Below are positions 1-8,526 of a stretch of DNA of 34,369 bases, piece by piece. The stretch's first letter is position 1, and each line of letters starts with the position of its first letter. A program made the position numbers and the translations under genes. The DNA is from Acidobacteriota bacterium. Lineage in GTDB: Bacteria > Acidobacteriota > Vicinamibacteria > Vicinamibacterales > SCN-69-37. The stretch is from NCBI GenBank assembly GCA_021824055.1, contig JAKALV010000002.1, positions 1 to 34,369 on the forward strand, given 5' to 3'. The notes beneath the pieces were generated by a model that was not told where the DNA came from, made no database searches, and saw nothing but the letters and a program-made list of their open reading frames with translations.

Positions 1-42
1 ACGGCACGCAGGTGCTGCAGCAGATGGTCATGAGGATGATAG

Positions 43-163
43 GGCCATGAGGCCATGAGGCAGTTAGGCAGTTAGGCAGTTAGGCAGTTAGGCAGTTAGG
101 CAATGAGGCAATGAGGCAATGAGGCAATGAGGCAGTTGACTGCCTAACTGCCCAACTGCCTTA
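43..163. repeat. 8-nt tandem repeat array followed by inverted units, forming an imperfect hairpin in a convergent intergenic region
   Basis: Hand parsing gives GGCCATGA x2 (43-58), GGCAGTTA x5 (59-98), GGCAATGA x4 (99-130) and GGCAGTTG (131-138). Three inverted units follow: CTGCCTAA, CTGCCCAA, CTGCCTTA (140-163). The palindromic centre is aggcagt-tg-actgcct at about 138/139. The array lies just 3' of the minus-strand stop at 169-171. Confidence 0.9.
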
Positions 164-168
164 ACTAA

Positions 169-927
169 CTATTGAAGTCGTCGTATCTCCGCCCGCTGTT
201 TGAGCGACTCGATCCAGTCGCGGATGCGAGCGGCCCGGCGATCGGCGGCCACTCGGCGGCGGACCTCGGCTTCGACGGTTGAGAACTGCGGGGTCACGCC
301 ACCCACGGAAAAATCGGCCTCGTGCAGCGCGAAATACGCCAGCGCCTGCTCGCGCGTGGGCTGCGCGGCCGCGGTGAAACGCTGATCGAGGTACGCCGCG
401 ATGCGCAGGTCGTCACGCAGCCAGCTCGTCAGCGACGCCTCGCGCATGCCGACGCTCAGGAGCAACTTCGGCACATCGGCGCCCGCGGGCAATCCTGCCG
501 CCCAGGCGCGCCGCCGCGCGGCCATCTGCTCCGGCGTGGGTTCGGCCGGCGCGTAGCGCGCGAGTTCCGCCAGCACCAGCCGGCGTTCGATCAACTGCGT
601 CACCAGTTGCGCGTCATCCATGGACGCCACGCCCGGCAACAACCGCAGCCGCCGCGCCGCCCGCGCGTCCGACAACGTGATCACGTCGCCGTTCACGACC
701 GCCAGCACGCGGTCGACAACGACATCCTGCGCATACAGGACGGCGATTCCCCGATTCCCGATTTCGCGATTCCCGATTTCGCGATTCCCGATTCCCCGAT
801 TGCCGATTCCCAGATTGCCGATCAACACGAGGAACCCCACCACGCGCGAAGCCCCCCGACCCACACGCGAAGCCCCCCGAACCACGTTCGAAGTTCCCCG
901 AACCCCTGGTGTTCCCGCGAACCTCAT
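169..927 (-). CDS. SurA N-terminal-domain periplasmic chaperone-like protein with no PPIase domain; the N-terminal third is encoded by tandem repeats
   Basis: The core 'DRVLAVVNGDVITLSDARAARRL...' and the helical Arg/Ala-rich C-terminus resemble SurA_N-type chaperones. The ATG at 927 is 4 nt after the bamA stop. The first ~85 aa are repeat-encoded, so the true start is uncertain. Confidence 0.6.
   Translation of the reverse strand: MRFAGTPGVRGTSNVVRGASRVGRGASRVVGFLVLIGNLGIGNRGIGNREIGNREIGNRGIAVLYAQDVVVDRVLAVVNGDVITLSDARAARRLRLLPGVASMDDAQLVTQLIERRLVLAELARYAPAEPTPEQMAARRRAWAAGLPAGADVPKLLLSVGMREASLTSWLRDDLRIAAYLDQRFTAAAQPTREQALAYFALHEADFSVGGVTPQFSTVEAEVRRRVAADRRAARIRDWIESLKQRAEIRRLQ
745..826. 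repeat. 7/8-nt tandem repeat (GATTCCC / GATTTCG / GATTGCC, alternate units spaced by one extra nt) inside a CDS
   Basis: About 10 consecutive GATTNCN units were counted by hand. A 15-nt super-unit gattcccgatttcgc keeps the reading frame. On the minus strand it encodes LIGNLGIGNRGIGNREIGNREIGNRGI. Confidence 0.9.
841..903. repeat. 3 x 21-nt tandem repeat inside the same CDS
   Basis: The units are cacgcgcgaagccccccgacc, cacacgcgaagccccccgaac and cacgttcgaagttccccgaac. They encode VRGTSNV / VRGASRV / GRGASRV on the minus strand. Confidence 0.85.
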
Positions 928-931
928 GTCG

Positions 932-3874
932 TTAGAACGCCTCTCCTATCGAGAAATGAATCTCCCACCGGCGGCTGTCGGTGACTCTGAGCCCGCCGAG
1001 CTTCCAGCCCACGTCGAACCGCAGCGGCCCGATCGGCGACCGGTAGCGGATGCCCCCGCCCATGCTGGCGCGCAGATCGCCGAAGTGCATCGCGCTGACA
1101 CGAGGAAACACGTTTCCGGCGTCGAGAAACGTCGCCAGGCCGAGATCGCGCGTGAGCGCCGCGCGGATCTCCGCGTTGAACACCATCAAGCCGTTGCCGC
1201 CCTTCGACAGGCCGTTGGCGTCGAGGATGTCAGGCGTGCCGAGTCGATCCTGCTGGAAGCCGCGCACCGTCGTGCTGCCGCCGGTGAAGAAACGCTGGCT
1301 CGCCGGCACCAGTTCGACCACTTCGCCGTTGAGCGTCTGGGCGAACCCGCGGACGAGTCCGACGCGCGCGCCACCGGCCAGGACCACGCGCGGCGCCGAC
1401 GTCATCCGCCGGTAGGCAAATCCCTGCAGGAACACTTTCGCCAAACCCACCTGCGATCCGGCCGCACGCATGGCCAGGTTCGCGTCGGCGCTGAGCAGGG
1501 TGCCGTCGCCCGGTGAAATCGGATCGTTGCGGGTATCGCGGAGCACGCTGCCGGACAGCATCGACAGCCGCACCTGCGGAAACAGCCGGTCCACCAGCAA
1601 CTGGTCCTTGGCGGCGATCTGCACGTTGTACAACCGCACGCGTTCGAGCGAATACCCGGCGATGAGCGACGTGTGTCCCTGCAGCCGGCGCAACATCTGC
1701 AGGCCGCCGGTCGAGCGCAGGAAGTTGAAGCTGTTGCGGATGGCCTGCTCCACCGACACGCTGACCAGACCGCTGGCGTTCCAGCCGAAGAGCCGCGGCT
1801 CGCGCAGCGATCCGATCACGCGGTATTCGCTGAAGCCGCAGCATTTGCCGTCGCGCGCCGGATTGTTCGCATCGTCGATCGGCCGGAGGCTGACGCCGGA
1901 GAACAGGTTCACCGCGCGGTTCTTGCCCCACAGATTCGTGCGGCCGATTTCGAACGAGGCGCGCGGCGCGACCTCGAATTTGTCGACCTTCCCGATCGTG
2001 CCGTCGACGTTGGCGATCGAGCGCGCGCGCAGCCCCGCCTCGAGACCGCCGCCGTACGCGATGGTCGTGGTGGGCGACTCGTCCACCGTGATGATCAGGT
2101 CGCTGCCGGTGCCACCGCCCGGATCGGGCGCCTCGGTGATCGAGACGCGCCGGAACAATCCCATCGCCGACAACCGCTGCTGCAGCGCCTGCCGTTCCGC
2201 CGCGCCGAGCGGCTGGCCCGGCGTCAGCGCCACGACGTTGCGGATGGTCTGCTCGCTGACGCGCCGGTTGCCGACGATGATCACGTGATCGAGCAGGGTC
2301 TGCGGGCCTTCGGCGACGATGTCGACTTGAATCGTGGCGCGCGTGCGGTCGTCGCTCAAGCGCGACCGCACCTCGACCACCGCGGCGCTGTAGCCGCGGT
2401 CGTCATACTTCTGCCGGATCGCCTCGCGATCAGTCGCCACGAGCCCCGCGATATACGGCGCGCCGCGCTTGAGGCGCATGGCGCCGAGGATCTCGGCCGG
2501 GGTGACGTGCGACGCGCCGGTCACGTTGACCTCGGCGACGCGCGTCTGCACGCCCTCCTGAATCACGAGGTGCTCGACCACGCGGGGATCGCCGCCTGCG
2601 CCGGCCGGCGGCAGGGCCTCGGCCGTCGCGGTGATGGTCGCCGCGCCGTACCCCTGCTGCAGATACGCCGCGCGGAGCGCCGCCACGCCGCTCGCGACTT
2701 TCGACTCGTCAAACAGGCCGGCGGGCTCGAGCCCGATCATCGCCTCGATCGACGCGGTGGTCATCTGCGTGTTGCCCGAGATGTCGATCCGCTCGAGGCG
2801 GTACCGCGGACCGCGCGTGACGGTGACAGTGATGAGCTTGCCGCCCGGCGTGTCCGTGCGTTCGTACGCCGCATGGCCCTTCCAGTACCCCTCGCGCCGC
2901 AGCGCCAGCTCGATCCGGCGCACCGAGTCTTCCAGCAGGTCATCGTCGGCCGAGCCTTCCCGCCGGATCGGCACGAGCTCGCTGTCCTTCCCGGGCAGCG
3001 GATCGCCGGCGAAGCGGAGCGTCACGAGCGCGGCCGACTCCACCGTGATGACCACGTCCACGCTGCGCCCGTCGGGCGACACCACGTCGCGCGTGTGCGA
3101 CACCGTGGCTTCGTAGTACCCGCGCGCGCGCAGTTCTTCCATGATCGCGTCGAGCCCGAGATCGATGGCGCGGCTGCGGTACGGCTGGCCGACGGCCACG
3201 CCGGCGCGCTTGAGCACTTCGTTCGCGCCGAGCGGCGACGCGCCCTCGACGCGCGCGCTCGTCACGAGGCTCAGCGGCCCCATGTCGACGGTCAGCAGCA
3301 GCGTGCCGCGGTCCGGGTCGTGATGCATCACGACCGTGGGGCGCACTTTGGCCTGGCGATAGCCGAGGTCCGCGAGGGTTCGTTCCACCGCCCGGGCGGC
3401 GGCATCCACCTGCGAATTACGCGGCACGCCGTTGAACCGCTGGCGCAGGTCCCGCTCGAGATCGCCCGGCGGAACCCCCGAGAGGCCGGCGAACATCAGA
3501 CGATCGATGACGTGGCGCGGCACCAGATCGAACACCAGTTCGACGCCGGCGCCCGGTCCGGCCGCCGGGCCCGGCGCGACGGCGCGGACGCGGATGTCGT
3601 CGAAGCGACCCGCGCTGGACAGCTGCAGCACGCTGGCGCGCAGCGCGCCCAGGTCGAGCGGCCGTCCCGCCTGCACCTCGATCAGCGCGAACAGATCGGG
3701 CGTGTCGCTGCGCCGGCCCTCCACGTCGAAATGCACGGCGGCCACGAGCCGGCCGGCGAGCTGGTCGATGGCGTCACGCGCGTCCGGGGCGGCCTGGGCC
3801 GCGAACGCGGGCGCGGTCAGCGCGCACGCGAGGACCAGGCACCACGAGCCCACGAGACTAGCGGCGCGGCGCAT
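932..3874 (-). CDS. bamA: Outer membrane protein assembly factor BamA (Omp85 family; multiple POTRA repeats plus a C-terminal beta-barrel)
   Basis: 980 aa with an N-terminal signal peptide (LVLACALTAPAFAAQA). Repeated POTRA-like segments are followed by a barrel ending in the aromatic terminal residue '...HFSIGEAF'. Its start forms an ATGA overlap with the tamB stop at 3874. Confidence 0.85.
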   Translation of the reverse strand: MRRAASLVGSWCLVLACALTAPAFAAQAAPDARDAIDQLAGRLVAAVHFDVEGRRSDTPDLFALIEVQAGRPLDLGALRASVLQLSSAGRFDDIRVRAVAPGPAAGPGAGVELVFDLVPRHVIDRLMFAGLSGVPPGDLERDLRQRFNGVPRNSQVDAAARAVERTLADLGYRQAKVRPTVVMHHDPDRGTLLLTVDMGPLSLVTSARVEGASPLGANEVLKRAGVAVGQPYRSRAIDLGLDAIMEELRARGYYEATVSHTRDVVSPDGRSVDVVITVESAALVTLRFAGDPLPGKDSELVPIRREGSADDDLLEDSVRRIELALRREGYWKGHAAYERTDTPGGKLITVTVTRGPRYRLERIDISGNTQMTTASIEAMIGLEPAGLFDESKVASGVAALRAAYLQQGYGAATITATAEALPPAGAGGDPRVVEHLVIQEGVQTRVAEVNVTGASHVTPAEILGAMRLKRGAPYIAGLVATDREAIRQKYDDRGYSAAVVEVRSRLSDDRTRATIQVDIVAEGPQTLLDHVIIVGNRRVSEQTIRNVVALTPGQPLGAAERQALQQRLSAMGLFRRVSITEAPDPGGGTGSDLIITVDESPTTTIAYGGGLEAGLRARSIANVDGTIGKVDKFEVAPRASFEIGRTNLWGKNRAVNLFSGVSLRPIDDANNPARDGKCCGFSEYRVIGSLREPRLFGWNASGLVSVSVEQAIRNSFNFLRSTGGLQMLRRLQGHTSLIAGYSLERVRLYNVQIAAKDQLLVDRLFPQVRLSMLSGSVLRDTRNDPISPGDGTLLSADANLAMRAAGSQVGLAKVFLQGFAYRRMTSAPRVVLAGGARVGLVRGFAQTLNGEVVELVPASQRFFTGGSTTVRGFQQDRLGTPDILDANGLSKGGNGLMVFNAEIRAALTRDLGLATFLDAGNVFPRVSAMHFGDLRASMGGGIRYRSPIGPLRFDVGWKLGGLRVTDSRRWEIHFSIGEAF

Positions 3875-6800
3875 CAGAAGCGGTGCCGCACGCGGAAGTC
3901 GAGCGCAAACGACTGGTCTTCATTCTTGGACAACACCCACGACAACTGTTCGTTCTGATCGTACTCAAGCAGGATCACTTCCGCCCGTCCCGTATTGAGC
4001 GCGCGCGTGTAGGTTACAAACACGCGGTCCGACACGCGCTTGCCCAGCGTCACGCGCGCGGTGGGACTGAGCTGCGCGGTGTCGCTGAAGCCCAGGAGCG
4101 GCGTGATCTGCACCGTGTCGACGCCGAGCGTGCGCTCCACGACCTTGCCGACCTGCGCCGACAGCGGGCTGGTCAGGAGCCGGGCGGCACTGGCCTGCAG
4201 CAGATTCATGTTCGCGCGTTGGCCGGCGTCCAGCGTGCGCAGTTCCGCTTCGCTGAGCTTGGTGGGATCGGTCTCGCCGAACAACAGCGACACGATGTCG
4301 ATCTGCGGCAACTGCGGGTCCGACGTGAGCGTCGGTGTCAGCCGCTCGGTCGTGCCGGTCACCTGGACCACGACGCGGTAGGTCTGGCCGTATTGAGAGA
4401 AGCTTCCGCTGCGGACGCGGACGCGCGTTTCCGCTTCCATGTCGAACACCGGCTCGATCCGGGCCGGGTTGGTGAACTCAACCACGCCGCGCGTCATGAC
4501 GTAGCGGTTTCCCTGAAACGTCACCTCGCCGCGGTTGATGTCGACGCGGCCGGTGAGCGCCGGGTGATCGTACGTGCCGCGCAGCGTGAGGTCGCCGCTC
4601 GCCACGATGTGCGCCAGCGCGTTGTCGATCCGCAGCGTCTGGGGCGCCAGGATCTGCACCTCGTAGGTCAGCGGAATGCCCGTCTCGACCACGCCGCGGC
4701 TCACCGCGCCGCCCGACGCCGCCTCGGCCGACGCCAGTCCCAGCAGGCCGACTTCGCTGTCGAGCTCGCGCGTCATCGTGGTGCGCAGCACGGTCACGGT
4801 GCCCGACAGTTCGGCCGCCGACATCGTGCCGCGCACGGCGAGATCCGCGTTCAACCGCGACTGGAATCCTTCCGGGTAGCGCAGCGTCATGTTGCGCCCG
4901 GTGGCGGTGAGGTTCAGCTCGTCGGGCAGGTAGCCCTTGAGGCCGATCGTGCCGCCAAACTGCACGTCCCCGCCGCCGAGCTTGCCGCTGAGGCCGTCCA
5001 CGCGCACGCCATCCGCGTCGAAGGTCACGCGGCCGTTCAGGTCTTCGAAACTGTGCGGCAGCGCAAAGTGCCGCACGCGGCCGCCGGTGATCGTGGCGCT
5101 GCCCGAGAACTGCGGCGCGCGCATGTCCCCGGTGACGTCGGCCGTGATTTCCGCCGCGCCGGAACTGCGCAGGTCGGGGAAGAACGCCTGCAGGATGGCC
5201 AGGTTGGCGCCGCCGGCGGCCCTGATGCGCACCTGTTCGTCGGTCAACGACACGTCGCCGGTCACGTCGAGCTGCGTATCGTTGCCGGCCAGCCGCAGCC
5301 GCCCCACGTGCATCGTGCTGTCGCCGAACGTCAGGTGGACCGCGCCGTCGTTGTGCAGCGGGTAGTCGAAGAGCGTCAGGTCCGCTTTGTCGATGGTGAC
5401 GTCCACGCTGAGGAAGTGATAGTCCATCAGCTCGCCCGACACGCGCACCGAGCCGCTGACCAGCGCGGTCGCGTAGGGCGAGATCTTCGTCTGCGGCGCG
5501 ATCAGGCGCAGATACGGATCGATGGCCGTGTTGGTCACCCGCAGCGACAACTCGGCGTCCATCTGGTCGTTCATCGCCACGCGTCCGGCGCCCGAGATGC
5601 TCAGGCGTGGCGACGCGGCCTCGAGTTGGTCGATCACGACCGTCTTCTTCAGGTAGTGAATGCGGCTCGACACCTGCCCGATGCCTTCATCGCCCGCGTA
5701 GAGATCGGCGATCGACCCGCGGGCTTCATACGTGGGATCGAGCGAGCTGCCCGTGCCGCTCGCCGTGAACTGCAGCATCCCCGACAACGGCGCCGCCGGA
5801 AACCGCCACGTGTCGAGCGATTCGACCGGAATGCGCTGTCCGTCGAAGTTGAACGAATACGTGGACGTGTGCCAGTCGCTGAACGCGGCGCCGCGGACGA
5901 TGCCGGTGCTCTTGTGCAGTTCGATGCCGTCCGTGCGCACGCCGGCGTACTCGAACCGCAGGCTCGCCGTCGCCCACTCGAACGACTCCTTCCATCCAAC
6001 ACCTTGATCAAACCGCAGACTGCCAAACCCGTCCGGCCGGTCGTACCCGCCGTACAGATGCAGTTCCGCGCTGGCCAGACCGTCCACCGGCCAGTCGTCC
6101 ATCAGAAACGCATGGCGGAACTCCCGGATCGGCCACCGGGTGATCGTGATCCGCGCGTCGAGCTCCTGGCCCTTGTCCTTGCGCGGATACCCGAGCGAGT
6201 ACCGCCCGTTCGTGACAATCCGTCCGCCGAACCGCTCGAACGTCGCGTTGGTGACGTCCGCGTAGTTGTTCTCGATCACGGCGCGTCCGCGCGTGCGGCC
6301 CCAGTCCACATCCCAGTAGCGCAGGTGCTCGCCGTCGAATGTGCCCTCGATGTGCGGGTCCCAGAACGCCTTGGTCAGCACGCCGTCAAACGTGCCGAAG
6401 CCGCCGACCTCGATCGCCGACGTCGGCGTGTTGAACGCGGCCAGCAGCTCGACGAGCAGCCGGTCGCTCTCCTGCCAATCCGTGCTGGTGAGGTGAAACG
6501 GCACTTGCGAGTTCGCGCCGTATTCCGTGCGCCCCTTGAACGCGAGGTAGGTGTGCGGCGTGGACGCCCAGCTGCCGTCCGCCACGTCCATCCATTTCGG
6601 GGCCCACGTGTACGCGATGTGGCCGCTGACGTTGTACGGACTCAGTCGCTTCTTCGCGTCCCACGGCGCGTCCTTCGGCACCGGCTGCAGGCCCTCGGGA
6701 ATCTCCGGGCTCGTCAGCGCCGCGTCACCGGGCGCCACCGACGAAATCTCTCCGTCGCCAACCTTGGTTTCCGCGAAGTGCCCGTTGGTCCAGGTCATGA

Positions 6801-7971
6801 AGTTCCGGCCCGTGGCGCGTCCGGCCAATCGCAGCACCGGCCACTCCAACCCCGCGCTGAGACTGGTGAGATCCACGTTCTGATACGCCACGTCCCATGT
6901 CGCCGTCGGCGGCGTGGGATTGCCCAGCGGAGCCAGCGTGTAGCTCTGCGTCGCGCGGCCGCCGTGAAAATCGGACTGCAGCTTGACGACGTCGAGCCGC
7001 TTCGGCGTCCACGTGACATTGCCGGCGATGTTGGGAAAACGATAGGTCCCAAACGAGGTCCGGACGCTGAACAGCGGGCTGCTGACCCGGCCGTTGACCT
7101 CGTACCCGCCCTTGTACTTGTGAAACGTGCCGTCGAACCGGCCGTGCCCCTCCAGGTCCCAGCGGCTGCCGTCGAAGAACACGCGGCGCATCTCCGGCCA
7201 CTGCAGTTGCGACGTCAGCGTGTAGTGCTGTTCCGGCCAATGCCGGAAATCCGCCGTGCCGGCCAGTTGGGACACGGCGCCGTCGGTGGTCAGATCGGCG
7301 CGATGGACCTTCATCATGCCGTCCTCGAACTTGAAACCGGCGTCGAGCTCGGCCGTCATCGGCAGATAGGTCTGCACCGCGATCGTGCCGTTGCTGAAAT
7401 GCGCCTTGCCGTAGTACGACCCGAGCGCGCGCACGACCACCACCGACAGGTTGCGGCAGATGACCTGCCAGTTCGTGTCGTGATCGAAGTAGCTCAGCTC
7501 GCTCCCGTCGGTGATGATCTCCCGCGTGGTGATGGTGAAGGGCAGCGGCTTGCCGCCGCCGTGCACGAACTTCGGCAGGTTGTTCACGTCGTTCGGCCAC
7601 GACACGATGGACGCCTTCAACCCGGTGATATGGATGTGATCGATGATCAACGCGCGCCGGAACACGGTCCACCACGGCACGCTCACGCGAATGCTCGCGA
7701 CGCGCAGGAACGGCACGTCGGCCGGCGTGGTGCTTTCGATGACGACATCGGTGAACTCGAACTCGCCGCGCCCGACCAGCGCGCGGATGCCGCCGATGTG
7801 CAGCGGCCGCTCGAGGTACTTCGTGCCCTGGCGTTCGGCGAGGCCCTTCAGGCGCGGCCCGAGATCGATCGAGAACGCGGTCACGACGAGCCCGGCCAGC
7901 ACGGCCAGCGCGACGACGAGCACACGGCGGCCCCAGCGGCGGATCACGACCGACCGGGCAGGGGCGCTCAC
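3874..7971 (-). CDS. tamB: TamB / AsmA-like translocation and assembly module protein (DUF490-type C-terminus)
   Basis: 1365 aa with a single N-terminal TM anchor (RRVLVVALAVLAGLVVTAFS). A long beta-rich body ends in the C-terminus '...SFALDFRVRHRF'. It sits immediately upstream of and overlaps bamA. GTG start at 7971. Confidence 0.8.
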   Translation of the reverse strand: MSAPARSVVIRRWGRRVLVVALAVLAGLVVTAFSIDLGPRLKGLAERQGTKYLERPLHIGGIRALVGRGEFEFTDVVIESTTPADVPFLRVASIRVSVPWWTVFRRALIIDHIHITGLKASIVSWPNDVNNLPKFVHGGGKPLPFTITTREIITDGSELSYFDHDTNWQVICRNLSVVVVRALGSYYGKAHFSNGTIAVQTYLPMTAELDAGFKFEDGMMKVHRADLTTDGAVSQLAGTADFRHWPEQHYTLTSQLQWPEMRRVFFDGSRWDLEGHGRFDGTFHKYKGGYEVNGRVSSPLFSVRTSFGTYRFPNIAGNVTWTPKRLDVVKLQSDFHGGRATQSYTLAPLGNPTPPTATWDVAYQNVDLTSLSAGLEWPVLRLAGRATGRNFMTWTNGHFAETKVGDGEISSVAPGDAALTSPEIPEGLQPVPKDAPWDAKKRLSPYNVSGHIAYTWAPKWMDVADGSWASTPHTYLAFKGRTEYGANSQVPFHLTSTDWQESDRLLVELLAAFNTPTSAIEVGGFGTFDGVLTKAFWDPHIEGTFDGEHLRYWDVDWGRTRGRAVIENNYADVTNATFERFGGRIVTNGRYSLGYPRKDKGQELDARITITRWPIREFRHAFLMDDWPVDGLASAELHLYGGYDRPDGFGSLRFDQGVGWKESFEWATASLRFEYAGVRTDGIELHKSTGIVRGAAFSDWHTSTYSFNFDGQRIPVESLDTWRFPAAPLSGMLQFTASGTGSSLDPTYEARGSIADLYAGDEGIGQVSSRIHYLKKTVVIDQLEAASPRLSISGAGRVAMNDQMDAELSLRVTNTAIDPYLRLIAPQTKISPYATALVSGSVRVSGELMDYHFLSVDVTIDKADLTLFDYPLHNDGAVHLTFGDSTMHVGRLRLAGNDTQLDVTGDVSLTDEQVRIRAAGGANLAILQAFFPDLRSSGAAEITADVTGDMRAPQFSGSATITGGRVRHFALPHSFEDLNGRVTFDADGVRVDGLSGKLGGGDVQFGGTIGLKGYLPDELNLTATGRNMTLRYPEGFQSRLNADLAVRGTMSAAELSGTVTVLRTTMTRELDSEVGLLGLASAEAASGGAVSRGVVETGIPLTYEVQILAPQTLRIDNALAHIVASGDLTLRGTYDHPALTGRVDINRGEVTFQGNRYVMTRGVVEFTNPARIEPVFDMEAETRVRVRSGSFSQYGQTYRVVVQVTGTTERLTPTLTSDPQLPQIDIVSLLFGETDPTKLSEAELRTLDAGQRANMNLLQASAARLLTSPLSAQVGKVVERTLGVDTVQITPLLGFSDTAQLSPTARVTLGKRVSDRVFVTYTRALNTGRAEVILLEYDQNEQLSWVLSKNEDQSFALDFRVRHRF

Positions 7972-8007
7972 CTTGTCAGCTTATCTTGCCAGCTTCGGTC
8001 CGGGCCT

Positions 8008-8523
8008 TCACTCGATCACCACCAGCAGCCGGCCGGCCTCCACCGACTGGCCTTCGGTAACGGCCACTTCCTTCACGCGGCCGGCCCTGGGGGCGCCAAG
8101 TTCGTTCTCCATCTTCATCGCTTCCACGACGACCACGCCCTGCCGGTGCGCCACTGCATCACCGGGTTTGACGAGGAGGCGCACGACGCGGCCGGGCATG
8201 GGCGCCGTAATCCGCTGCAATCCGGACCTCGCGGCCGCGCCCGTCTCGCCGCGCTGATACCGGCGCGCGTCCACGGACACCGTGACATCGGCGTGCGGCA
8301 GCTGCACGAACCACTCGCCGCCGGGCCGGCCGGTGAGCGCCACGTCCACGCTGCGGCCGTCATCAAAGACGAGCGACAGGCCGAGGTCCGTGGGCCGGGC
8401 ATCCACCGAGGCCGGCACCCCGTCGATCAGGACGCGGAACGCGCCGCCGTCCTCGCCGGCAGCGCCCACCTTCTCCACCGCGACCTTGTGCGTGCGCTCG
8501 TTGATGTCGATCTCGAAGTGCAC
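8008..8523 (-). CDS. Biotin carboxyl carrier protein (biotinyl/lipoyl attachment domain) of an acyl-CoA carboxylase
   Basis: The C-terminal motif 'VVVEAMKMENEL' contains the AMKM biotinylation site. The GTG start is 3 nt after the biotin carboxylase stop. Confidence 0.85.
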   Translation of the reverse strand: MHFEIDINERTHKVAVEKVGAAGEDGGAFRVLIDGVPASVDARPTDLGLSLVFDDGRSVDVALTGRPGGEWFVQLPHADVTVSVDARRYQRGETGAAARSGLQRITAPMPGRVVRLLVKPGDAVAHRQGVVVVEAMKMENELGAPRAGRVKEVAVTEGQSVEAGRLLVVIE

Positions 8524-8526
8524 GGC

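Noticed and set aside
3-50. Possible 3' end of a plus-strand gene (...GTQVLQQMVMRMIGP*) at the left edge
   Set aside because: Only 16 codons are visible, and the stop lies within the first repeat unit. That is too little sequence to support a call.
43-163. Considered whether the tandem repeats here could be a CRISPR array
   Set aside because: The units are 8 nt, directly abutting, with no spacers. No cas genes are present. This is a microsatellite-like array, not CRISPR.
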